From Hormiphora californensis (Eukaryota > Animalia > Ctenophora), in the NCBI GenBank assembly GCA_020137815.1, contig CM035358.1, forward strand, positions 7,192,001 to 7,256,000: a stretch of 64,000 bases of DNA, written 5' to 3'. The position numbers and the translations under genes are program-made. Shown piece after piece: positions 41,701 through 54,800 of the stretch (its first letter is position 1; each line of letters begins with the position of its first letter). Under the pieces are notes generated by a model. That model worked only from the letters and a program-made list of their open reading frames with translations. It did not search any database and was not told where the DNA came from.

Positions 41701-42389
41701 TAGACAATGTTTTGATCACGTAGCACTTTTTTCCCGCGCAAAAGGGTACCAAGCAGTTTAAACAATTATTTTTTTGGATGCCTAGTCAAAACAAGGCAAA
41801 CTAAAGACAAATTCCACTATAATGCCTCATTGTCAAAACTAGACAAACTAAAGACTAATTTGACCTCATAGAAGTTCTATTGGAAATCTTTAGAACTCAA
41901 TCATCCATTGGATTGCCTGGCTATAAGACTGTGTAAAGGGAGGGTTTAGAAAAAAAAACAACCATTAAAAAAATTGCCCCCTTTTTTTGGCTGTGTAAAG
42001 GGAAAAACATAACATCCGGGAGAAAAAGGGGGAAAATTAATAAAAAAAAAAAAAAGAGAACAAAGAGTTCCAAAAAAAAAAAAGGGGAAAAGGGGGTAAA
42101 AAAAATAGCTTTTCCCCGGGGGGTTTGAGGGGAAAGAAAAAAAAAAAAAAAGGGAAAATCTAAAAAAAAAAAATTTTTCTTCCTCTCTTCTCCTCTCTTT
42201 TCTCTCTCCTCTTCCCCTCTCTCTCTTTCCCTCTCTCTCTTTTCTCTCCCCTCCCCCTTTTTCCTTCCCTCCTTTTTTTCTCTTTCTTCTTTCTCTCTTT
42301 CTCTTTTTCCCCCCCCCTTTTTCTCCTTCTCTTCCCCCTTCTTCCTCCCTCCCCACCCCCCCTTTCCCCAAAAGCCGTAACACCGCTTA

Positions 42390-43000
42390 ACAGGAGGATA
42401 CGATGCTCACTCTACTGAAGTCCTTTGTGAGGCCTCAACTAGAATATGTGTCTCCTATTTGGTCTCCTCACTCAGTTGGTGACATCGGCCGTCTCGAAGC
42501 TCTGCAGAGGTCCTTCACTGCTAAAATCAATGGACTTGCATCTCTCAATTACTGGGAAAGATTACGCGTGTTGGACCTTTACTCATTGCAGAGGAGACGA
42601 GAACGTATAAGATTCTCTTCATCTGGAAGATATACCGGGGCCTCATACCTAACCATATGAACCTCTCATTCCGGGAATCGGGGCGAAGGGGAGCTTTTGT
42701 TCAGAGACCCCTTGGTAAATCTTCATCTAAGAGGATAAACTCACTCATTTTCAATTCCTGTACCTCCACAGCTGTCTCTCTCTTTAATGCAGCACCTCGG
42801 GAGGTTAAGGATAAGGGAACTCTCGAAGGGGCCAAGCGAGCCCTGGATAAATTCCTGAGACAAATCCCAGATGAACCCCCAATAAAGGGGTACGGCTGCC
42901 AGAACCACAACAGTATATTGGAATGGCTAGCCTCTAGAGGAACTCTGATAACAGGGGATACCTAGCCCTTTGGCTGAACAAGTCAAAGGTAATCAAAGGT

Positions 43001-43003
<3 letters not shown>
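42390..43003 (+). mobile_element. 5'-truncated CR1/L2-group LINE (3' end of ORF2), frameshifted
   Basis: LLKSFVRPQLEYVSPIWSP…LEALQRSFTAKI…LNYWERLRVLDLYSLQRRRER is the typical C-terminal region of CR1-group ORF2. It continues after a frameshift into ORF 42657..42965 and ends in a short tandem tail (CAAAGGTAAT)2. Confidence 0.85.
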
Positions 43004-43046
<43 letters not shown>

Positions 43047-43327
43047 CACATCTCCACGATTGTTATTCTAATGCAAGGTGCAAGATATACAGCAGCCCGA
43101 TCCACACACATTTACTTGGACAAGTTCACAAGAAAACAATACCCTAATTTGTAGGAATGATGATAATTGCTCATAATTACATAATTGCATAATTAGACAT
43201 TGCAAGTGTACTGTGTGGTAGCTGCAAGAGAAGTCCTAAATATCAATTCAGCGCCCCCATAGAATTATAGGACACGGATATAGGGGCAGCAATGCTAGCA
43301 TCCTAGAAACTATAATACCTGAGTTAA

Positions 43328-44667
43328 GGGTACGCTAACCAAAAATTTTTTTCGAGTGCAGGGAAATCTCTCACCGTAGGGTTGTAGGCCATGCCAAGGA
43401 GACCTCAAATATGCAATTTTAGCCCTTAAGTCGAATTCATATTTTTGCTACAGCTGTTTAAAAAATGTCCTGTAAATACGTTTTTGGCATCTCAAAAAAA
43501 AAATTTTTAAAGATAGGAGCATGAAAATTTGGGGATTTGAAGAGGACATGAAGGTGAATAACCACAAAAAATTTTTTTGCAATCCGAGCTGATTTCCGGT
43601 CCTGAGATGGATTTCTTTTTTTCCACTTTAACGCCCTGTTTGGCAAAGTTCCGAAAACATGTGAAAGCTGTAAATTGGTGAAAAGTTGCGTCTAACGATT
43701 ATCTAAGTGGCCATAAATTTTGGGCGTGTCCTTATTTGAGATAAGCTGTACAGAGTTTTTTTTGCGAAAGCCGTCATTTCAGAAATAAATAAATTCCCTG
43801 TATCTCAAAAACGGCTGATCGTAGAGACCTGAGACTATGCTTAAACGATTCAGAAGGTCCGATTTTGGGGGGGTCTTCTGAGAGACATTTTGCTCCTACT
43901 TCAACCGTTTTTGCTGTAATTGCGAAAAACAAAAACCTATCTTCGCCATCGTGGATTTTTTGTGATTTTGTTTTTGATGATTATAGGGACCCATATGGAC
44001 CAAATAGTGAAGGAATTAGCTTGTTACACACTTTTCCATAGTTTCGGTCCTTTCTTAGCTAAAATTCCCTAATTACAGGATATTGGAGTTAAGCTTTTGC
44101 CCTTTTCATAGAATTTGTTTTTCGCAATTACAGCAAAAACGGTTGAAGTAGGAGCAAAATGTCTCTCAGGAGACCCCCCCAAAATCGGACCTTCTGAATC
44201 GTTTAAGCATAGTCCCAGGTCTCTACGATCAGCCGTTTTTGAGATACAGGGAATTTATTTATAAGGACGCGCCCAAAATTTATGGCCACTTAGATAATCG
44301 TTAGACGCAACTTTTCACCAATTTACAGCTTTCACATGTTTTCGGAACTTTGCCAAATAGGGCGTTAAAGTGGAAAAAAAGAAATCAATCTCAGGACCGG
44401 AAATCAGCTCGGATTGCAAAAAAAAATTTTGTGGTTATTCACCTTCATGTCCTCTTCAAATCCCCAAATTTTCATGCTCCTATCTTTTAAAAAAATTTTT
44501 TGAGATGCCAAAAACTTATTTTCAGTTCATTTTTCAAGCAGCTGTAGCAAAAATATGAATTCGACTTGAGAGCTCAAATTGCATATTTGAGGTCTCCTTG
44601 GCATGGCCTACAACCCTACGGTGAGAGATTTCCCTGCACTCGAAAAAAATTTTTGGTTAGCGTACCC
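43328..44667. mobile_element. Second copy of the 4125-5513 Kolobok-like MITE, opposite orientation
   Basis: Same termini with TTAA at 43324-43327 and 44668-44671. Arm-specific variants are swapped relative to copy 1; internal deletion near 44260. Confidence 0.9.
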
Positions 44668-45119
44668 TTAAACTACTATCCAAACTAAAAACCGCATAGA
44701 CCCACGGAGCTCAAAGAGAGAGAAAGATGGAGGACCAGAGAGAGAGAGAAAGATGGAGGATCAGAGAGAGAGGGGGCTAGACAAGATGGGACGACTGCTA
44801 CACGAGATAAGTGGTGTCCCCTTTGGATACAATGTGTCCTGTGCCGGAAGGAACTGAAGGGGATTGCTCATGAACACAACACAAATCATTTGGGAGAGAG
44901 AGAGAGAGAGGGAGAGAGAGGGAGAGAACATGCACCCCATATAATAACACTGTATAGCAGCTAACTACCCAATCCGCTCCATTGTTTTCAATCACGTGGC
45001 AACTGTTTAGAACAATCTCACGTTCCCAAGCGAGCTAGGTGAATTCCTCCCCCTTCAGAGTTTCTCTCTCTCTCTCCCCTGAGTTAATAACACTGATCAC
45101 AGCGGGGGGAGGGGCTAAT

Positions 45120-45282
<163 letters not shown>

Positions 45283-47617
45283 GGGGGAAGTGCACAAATG
45301 GTCTATCCGGGAAGTGTGGTTTGGGTCCTGGGAGATTGTATTATAGGGATCCGGCCGCTGATGAGCGATTAGCATTTAATAAGGACAAGAGTTTATAGGG
45401 TACACTGCACTAATTGTAACCAAACAGAAGTTAGGGTAATTCGGTGTTTAATATACCAACATAGTCAGAAGGAGAGACGTTACAAATAGTGAATACTTTG
45501 CATAATTGTTAAAACACAGGACACTTTAGTAATTAGTAAATATACAGGTGTTTTATTGCTAGAAAGTTGGCGCCAGATTCAATTTAAAGAAATTACATGC
45601 TAGCACCAAAACACGTGTATGTGTCCTAAAAAATGGAAAGGAGTGACATGATTCAAGGAAGGGGCGGCATAATAGGGTAGGGGGGCCTTGAAACAATTCT
45701 TTTCTTTAATAATGTTTTCTTTTCTTTGGCGCATTTCCTGGCAGCTCATTCTTCATAAACACACTGAGCCCTCAGAGACCTCTCTGCAGGGGTAAAGGCC
45801 TCTGGGGTAAATATCAAAAGGCCGCCCTGTAGAAAGACCCTCTGAAAATTGGGAAAAATTCAAACATTTAACAAAAAAAAACTAAGCAGAGGAGGATAGT
45901 TATCAATACGATCAAAATCCTAATGGGGGTCTAGAAACTCAATATTACAGGAATTGGCATTTATCGTTAATAAACCAAAAACGGTATTAAATTGTTGAAC
46001 ACACTTGTCGATAAACAGTACCATACAGCGCATTGGGAAACATGATTATCGTCAATTAGAGAAAACAACACGTATATCAACGGACTTGACGAACTGCACA
46101 TGGCACCACATACACGGGCCTAATATAACACATCATATGTACAACAGTTGTAACATGAATCGAATTAAAATTCAAAACAATCGGTCACATTCCTAATCCT
46201 ACGGGTCAAAGATTCAAAGATTCAAAGATTCAAGATTCAAAGATTCAAAGGTTCAAATATTCAAAGATTCAAGAATCTATCATCATCTGAATATGACTAA
46301 ACATTGCAAAAAGTGAAAGAAGGAGAAGCATTGATCAAGAGCCAGCATCTCTGCTTACTGGGAGAAAGAATGACTACACGGCCTGTCATATACCTAAATT
46401 TACACTTCATGTAGTGCAGTCAAGCGTCTCAATGTATTCAAAACTACAGTGTGTGTATTAGCTGTCGAGTACAGTGGACAGTGTGGTGGGAAGGGGGCAG
46501 CTGTTCTACACATGTGCAGTGTGGTGTTCGCAGCCTTACACACGTGTCTTACACAGTTTCTAGTGACAGAATACACATGGTTAATTTTAGTAGCACATAT
46601 TTAGACGGTCCCCTCTTCACACCACCTGTTGTACTATATCCAGCGGGCCATGACAAGCGGTGTAAAACTTGGCAGTTGACATTCTAAACGTGTTAGTATC
46701 ACGCTTTCACTAATTCAAACTCTGTCTCAAACCATGCAGTCTGTCTGGCGGTGCCAATCTGAAGGCACATTGTTGAAGAAATCAAAGAGAGGAAAGCAGC
46801 GGCGCACTATGAGCATATATGTTATAACAATCGTCCTCTGAGAAAACTCTCGAACTACAATTTGTCCAGCAGCTAGGTATCAGAGCTGTATCAGAGCTGC
46901 TGCTGTAGTAGTACTAACCCTATACTAGCTATACCCCCCTACTACTGCTGGAATGTGATGGATCAGGGATCACATCTTGACAAATTCAGACGATATATAT
47001 TATATATACCCGGGGCCGCTCGAACGCGCTCTGCTGCAGTAGTAGTCAGTACTGCAGTCATAAACCAAGGGTCTAGGCTCTAGATGACTCCAGTCTCTCT
47101 CGGTACATACGCATATATCTTTTTAATTAAATTTTAAATGAGAAAATGTACCCATCTGCTCGAATGCAATAAAAATACTAACGAAAAAAATGCAAAATCA
47201 AATCTGTGAAAAACCTGTATAAGATTACATAAAACTATAAATTTCCAACCGATAGACGAAAGCCACCTGCATTTATTATAAATGCAATATAATATTGGAT
47301 ATGGTGAAGGATACTTTTGAAAACGAGACAGCTAATTATTAGCATAGCATGTGTCATGGTATTCAAAAAGAGTATACTAGTCCGGAGAAGAAGAGATTCA
47401 CCCCCCCCCCCTCTGGTGACATACTGCAGCAATATAACATCCACTATAGGACTATATAGGACTATAGGTCCAGCAGATAATCTGCTGGACATCTATTGGA
47501 ACCGCTAACCAGCTCTATACCCCGTATAACACTACATATTGGCCTCTAATTGACTACTGAACCGCAACCTGGGACATGAAACAAAGTTCAACTCAGCTTT
47601 TCTTCTCTCTCTCTCTC

Positions 47618-47684
<67 letters not shown>

Positions 47685-47950
47685 TTCAAGACCTCATACA
47701 CAGTTCAAACATTGTGCTAAGGAATTATCGAATGAATCGCAAAATGAACATCTAATTGTCGCCATTCAGTGTTACACATCGTACCAGGTACTGGAATTGA
47801 AATAATTTAATTCTTTTTCTCAAAGTTCTAATGGTTCCTTGCATTCCCAGAGGGTGAGTAAATATCGGGTAGTAGCTACTGATAAAGTCAAAAGAAGATC
47901 ATCAACCCTGACTCGATCAAGAAAGAAAATAATAGAGAATTATATGGTAC

Positions 47951-48963
47951 TAGACCAGTCATATGATGTCGGTTTTGGACCGAAAAAAAACATAATTGAT
48001 CTAAATGTGATTCCACTTCTAGGGCACTCCAATAGGTCCCTAGAACCACCAAAAAAATTTGTCACTCTTCATCAAATGAATAAATGTGGTTTTTGGGCCA
48101 CGCCCTTATACCTGTATTTTCAGTCATGTGGTCAAAACTGAAAACCATCTTAGGAAACGAGTAGAGAAGAAATCAAGGGCACTAAAGTGTGTAGCGTCCT
48201 CGCATTAGTGGGGATAGGTGCCGGAATTAAGTCTCTATCTCATCTGGTTAATTAGATAATTGGATAATTAGGTATGCGCATAACTGTTTTTTGGCTATAT
48301 GGCTATAGCCACTTATAAATGGTTTAGAGACTTTTCACTGGTGCCATTTTGTAGGCAATGGCCAAGTTATGGGGGGTCGACGTCGGACTTTTAAGCTCTA
48401 TCTTCAACCGTTTAGCCGTTATTTGGCTTTTAAGATGCTGAAAATGAGCAAAAAACGGGAAAAAGCCCGATTTTTACTCATTTTCAGCACCTTTGAATCG
48501 AAATAACGGCTAAACAGTTGGAGATAGAGCTTAAATGTCCGACGTCGACCCCCCATAACTTGGCCATTGCCTACAAAATGGCACCAGTGAAAAGTCTCTA
48601 AACCATTCCTAAGTGGCTATAGCCATATAGCCAAAAAACGGTTATGCGCATACCTAATTATCCAATTATCTAATTAACCAGACGAGATAGAGACTTAATT
48701 CCGGCACCTACCCCCACTAATGCGAGGACGCTACACACTTTAGTGCCCTTGATTTCTTCTCTACTCGTTTCCTAAGATGGTTTATAGTTTTGACCACATG
48801 ACTGAAAATACAGGTAAAAGGGCGTGGCCCAAAACCCAATTTATTCATTTGATGAAGAGTGACAAATTTTTTTGGTGGTTCTAGGGACCTATTAGAGTGC
48901 CCTAGAAGTGGAATCACATTTAGATCAATTATGTTCCCTATCATGCATCATATGACTGGTCTA
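47951..48963. mobile_element. ~1-kb almost fully palindromic fold-back MITE
   Basis: TAGACCAGTCATATGATG…CATCATATGACTGGTCTA with ~500-bp arms. Flanks fit either a TA TSD or a 3-bp TAC duplication, so the superfamily is unresolved. Confidence 0.8.
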
Positions 48964-49185
48964 TACTGCAAAATGATGAACAATTATTCTGAACCAATCA
49001 ACTAACAGGAACAGGGCAAATAATCTCAGGGAGGTTGGCAAAATAATACTCCAAATGTAATTAATATTCTCTCCCTCTCTCTCTCTGGGTGGGGGTATTT
49101 CTCACCAAAAACAGACGGTGGTATTTTAAATTATTTTCGGTGATCCCACTGGGGAAAATTATTCAGCGAGAGAGAGAGAGAGAGC

Positions 49186-49340
<155 letters not shown>

Positions 49341-50039
49341 AGAGTCAATAATATACACGCCCATATGGGACTTTTTTCCCAGGTGGCCGCTCCTTGTATG
49401 ACTGGTCGCGAACAAAACAATTTTAGAGTTTCAAATCCGCGCTGACGGCCGGAAAAAAGTAGAGTTTCAGAGTTTCAGAGTAGAAAATAAAGGAGAAATA
49501 AAACCAAGTGACCAGTTAAACTTTCTAAACTTCCTTTCTAAACTTACTAAAATCTGAAATTCTGTTGAACTAAAACATCAAAGAACACATGTAGAAGAGG
49601 TATCCAAGAGGCATATAGCTACTAAAGTATAGAGAGCCGATATTAAGCTAGCTACTACATAAATCCTTGGTGGGCGAAGGGGGCATGAGGGGGTGGCGGG
49701 AAAATATGCGGTGTATTATATTCACGGTTGCGCAGACAACATATATAGCAAATATCAGTTGGACCATATGTTGAGAGCCAGACAGTAGAAATACTATTTC
49801 AAATAGGAGGAGAGCTGAATAAACAAAATCAGATTCTAGATAGTATAACAATAGGAATGTGCAGATTGGTTGTTCATCAGAAGGTGAGGTGTTTTCAAGT
49901 TGTCGGTATATACAGAACAAGCAATCTTTACAATAAAAATCATTTGCTGCAGTAGAGGTCATTTTTTGAAAAAATGAGTAAAACAAACATAGACAATTAC
50001 AGAGCCTTTCTTTTTTATCTCTTTCTCTCTCCCCAACCG

Positions 50040-50072
<33 letters not shown>

Positions 50073-50813
50073 GTGGGAATGATACATTTAGTATCATTTT
50101 AGTCGCTCAAGGTCTAGACTCTGTAATAGCTTTCATAGTAATTGCAAGACTTTGATAATTGCTACCAAAAGGTATCAAACTGTGGCCGCCAACGTTTCAC
50201 ACTATCGCAGTATCTCTAACTTCGCGAAAGATGATTTTATAAAGGAGAAAGCACATATTCTATACCGGCCCTCTTGCATACACGCAAGGACCTCAGCCCC
50301 AAGGGAAGCAATCAAGTAATAATATTCTGTCCCAGTTGAGACATGGGGTCATTGAATTCCGCAGTGTCTAACACACACCCCGTGTTATATCCCCGCGGCG
50401 GTATTATGTTTGTTTTATATAGTGTTAACCGGCCCGCGCTATATCATGATCATATTAGTATGTAAATTTGTATGTAAATGAAGAATTTATCGCATAACTT
50501 TGCTTTTCACCATAGACCACATATAATACCTTTAGACCACAATTTAATTTAACTGCATGTACAGTCTACATTGTAGTCTGTAGACTGCAGTCTGTGATTG
50601 TTGAGTAAGGGGGAAGGGTTACTCAACAAGTCTGTGAGGATCAGGATCTTGTTTTAAATTCGATTAAAAAATGATTTATTTGTAGAAGTAAAAAACATAT
50701 GATAACCTAACAAATTCACACATGTAAATTGACACATGAGTTCTATTCAATAGTCTTTCGTTTTGTATCTGAGGCTATATAAAATCAATAAATTATCACC
50801 CATCTTATAGCTA

Positions 50814-51686
50814 CCGTGTGCGGCAAAAAAAATGCCCCCCCTAGACCACCATAGTTGCCGATATGGTGGAGAGCTGTAACTTGGCAGGGTTGCTCCACTA
50901 TGTCTATCTTGATCCTGACAGAAAAATCAGAGCTCTAGCTCAAAATTCATTTTTTTGATAGGAATGAACATTGTCATTCATTCCAAGAAAAAATATTTTC
51001 GGTCCAGAATTCAAGCAATTATCTTTGGCCATCGATTAGCTTTCCAATGTGACCAAGATCATCTAAATTGGGCAACCACAAGAGACACAGTGTCATGTTT
51101 CTTAAAGTTAGTCAGGTCATGTGATCTTCACCGAATCGTTGATTATCCGGGATTGCTAATCGAGCCAATGGGCAGAGGAATCTCGTATCACGGCCGCTAA
51201 TGAGGTATGTGTACCAATACAGGGTAATGTGATTCGAGGAAAGAGGACATTTATCAAAGAGCTACAGATCTCATGACCAATCAGCATCGTCATCCCTCAT
51301 TAGTAGCCGTGATACGTGATTCTCTACCACTTAGACCGATTCGTAATACTGAACACTCAACGATTCGGTGAAGATCACATGACCTGACTAACTTTAAGAA
51401 ACATGACACTGTGTCTCTTGTGGTTGCCCAATTTAGATGATCTTGGTCACATTGGAAAGCTAATCGATGGCCAAAGATAATTGCTTGAATTCTGGACCGA
51501 AAATATTTTTTTCTTGGAATGAATGACAATGTTCATTCCTATCAAAAAAATGAATTTTGAGCTAGAGCTCTGATTTTTCTGTCAGGATCAAGATAGACAT
51601 AGTGGAGCAACCCTGCCAAGTTACAGCTCTCCACCACATCGGCAACTATGGTGGTCTAGGGGGGGCATTTTTTTTGCCGCACACGG
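50814..51686. mobile_element. Fold-back MITE, TA TSD (Tc1/mariner-pogo-like)
   Basis: TA|CCGTGTGCGGCAAAAAAAATGCCCCCC…GGGGGCATTTTTTTTGCCGCACACGG|TA; ~330-bp near-identical arms. Confidence 0.85.
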
Positions 51687-51872
51687 TACTAATGATGATT
51701 AATTAATCCCGTATAAATGGTAGCAGTCTTTAATTAGCACTGTAGAACTATGTGTGTCACCTCTACACTAACATAATTAGAGGTGATTACATCACTAACA
51801 TTAGACTTCAATTGGGTCACATCTTGATTTGTTGGATGTTGTTGGTCGTTGATAATGTTGGTAATAATGTTA

Positions 51873-54800
51873 TTATACTTCAACGAGAGGGGATGCTTCA
51901 TCAACTGCGTCAGTCTTAGGTGCAGCCCCATTCTTCTTTTTCTTTTTTGTTTCTTCATCGCTACTGGAGCTCCAGGACACTGAAATTAGGGGTGGAGGAC
52001 AGTTGTTTGATGGTGTACCTTTTTGGAAATGTCTATCGTTATCATCTTTATAAAGCTTTATGGAACACCCTCCACCCCACCCCGCCCTGCCCATAACCCC
52101 ACGCCGCCCTGCCAAACCCGCCCCGCCCGCAACATCCACACATAACCCATTCCGCCCTGCCCGTACCCAACCATCCCGCCCGCCCATCACCTCACCCCGC
52201 CCTGTCCGCCCATCCCCCACTCGCCCCCTTACCCCCACCCAATTTAACCTACCACTGTCGTATTCAATGTACTCTCTGAGTAACTCCATCATCTTCTTAT
52301 TCTTGTTATCGTATGCTACAGCGAGGCAGGTTCTCCCATCATAGTCCCCAACGTGCATATTAATACCTGCAGAAATATGACGTCACATTGTGTGGCACAT
52401 GGCTGTATGACGTCACATTGTGTGGCACATGGCTGTATGACGTCACATTGTGTGGCACATGGCTGTATGACGTCACAATGTGTGGCACATGGCTGTATGA
52501 CGTCACAATGTGTGGCACATGGCTGTATGACATGCAGCTCAGAATGTATTGGTGACATAGACACCTGGTCGCGCCAGGTGTCTATGTCACCAACAGAATA
52601 TATTGTATGACGTCACAGTGGTTCAGATTTGAGGAACATTTCGAACTGGATTGCAGTACGTGACACTACATGTATTGAGTTTAATGGGTTTTTGGTCGAT
52701 TATATTGGTTCCTTGCTGGTGGTATTTGGTTTCATGACCGGCTATAAACCAGCACTGTTAGTAGATAAGGGGCGTTATCAGCTGTTACTCAACAAGTTAT
52801 CAGGACATGTGTTGCGGCCACCACGCGGGGCCAAAGTAATTGAAGAAGTTTTAAAATATTTAAATAATCGAATTGAGAAACACGCCGACATGGGCTGATG
52901 CGTGCCCTGGTCAAATTTCAAGGTCTCAGCTTATCAATATTGACACGTTCTAGATACAGGTATCTTTTGTTAAGGGGTTCCCCCTTACTCAACAAGGTAT
53001 ATCTTATCAATATTGACACATTCTAGATCCAGGTATCTTTTGTTAAGGGGTTCCCCCTTACTCAACAAGGTATATCTTATCAATATTGACACGTTCTAGA
53101 TACAGGTATCTTTTGTTAAGGGGTTCCCCCTTACTCAACAAGGTATATCTTATCAATATTGACACATTCTAGATCCAGGTATCTTTTGTTAAGGGGTTCC
53201 CCCTTACTCAACAAGGTATATCTTATCAATATTGACACATTCTAGATCCAGGTATCTTTTGTTAAGGGGTTCCCCCTTACTCAACAAGGTATATCTTATC
53301 AATATTGACACGTTCTAGATACAGGTATCTTTTGTTAAGGGGTTCCCCCTTACTCAACAAGGTATATCTTATCAATATTGACACGTTCTAGATCCAGGTA
53401 TCTTTTGTTAAGGGGTTCCCCCTTACTCAACAAGGTATATCTTATCAATATTGACACATCAATCCGTCGTGGCCAAATTAAGTGATGGATTAGGGACCCC
53501 AACTACAATTTATCACCGAGCTGTACATGAACAGCTAATTGATATACTCAGTATGATATCACTGACCTGCTTCAACAAGTCGTTGGATCATTTCAAAGTC
53601 GTTATTGACAACAGCCCAACAAAGTTCCTGCACCTGCATTTCCATAGCAAGACACAGCTGGGCCCCCTCATCAAGAAGGAAATCACACAGCTGATCGTGC
53701 TTGTGACGACACGCCTCTAGTAGGGGCGAGTTACCAAACCTGCAATGGACCAAATGTAGTTATATGAAGGAGTACTATTTGGTTTGATGAAGGAGCAGAA
53801 TTGATGAGAGTATTGCACCTGTCGATAGCATTAAAGTTTCCGTTATGCCAAACTATTGTTTTAGCACTGTCCAAATCTCCAACAGCACAGGCTATGTGAA
53901 GGGGGCTCCTCAAATCGTAATCACAGATATTCATATCAATCAAAACGTTCTCTTTAATGAGGCGCTCCAATATAGCGTGCTCCTTCATAAAGACAAGTTC
54001 GCAGATAAGGGATGGGAGAAGTGCAACAATTTTATGTTTTTCATTCCCCCTCAACAACTGCCGGATGATGGCCTCTAAAACCTCTGGGTCAATTGTTAGA
54101 TTGTGGCCACCTGAGTGGCTATCGTTCAATCGTTGTCTCATACCTTCAGTCGTCATATCACGGCGATCTGAAAAGGTTGAATGACATAGTAGTTAATTAG
54201 TAGGTCTTATATTTTTAGACATCGTTAAATTATATATCTAGTACAGATAATCCCACTATATTAGTTCAGTGCAGATTAGTAAAGCACATAAAAACAGCAT
54301 GGCAGATACTACTACTACTCCGAGTTGAACAATGGAACATGACTTACTTCGTTTCACATCTTTGACTGGTTCTAAATCGTGGACAGTTTCCCCATAACAC
54401 TCTGAGGGTTTCTTGCCCCACCTGTCCTCAATTTCCTTCTTAGGTGCATACCGACCCAGAAACTTGATAATTCTGGAGGGAATTGGAGGGAATTGGAGGG
54501 AATTGGAGGGAATTGGAGGGGATTGGATTGGAGTATTGGAGGGGGTTGAAGGGAATTGGAGGGGATTGAAGGGAATTGGAGGGGATTGAAGGGAATTGGA
54601 GGGAATTGGAGGGAATTGGAGGGAATTGGAGGGGATTGAAGGGAATTGGAGGAGATTGGAGGGGAGTGGAGGAAATTGGAGGGAATTGAAGGGGATTGGA
54701 GGGAATTGAAGGGGATTGGAGGGAATTGGAGGGAATTGGAAGGGAATTGGAGGGAATTGGAGGGAATTGAAGGGGATTGGAGGGAATTGGAGGGAATTGG

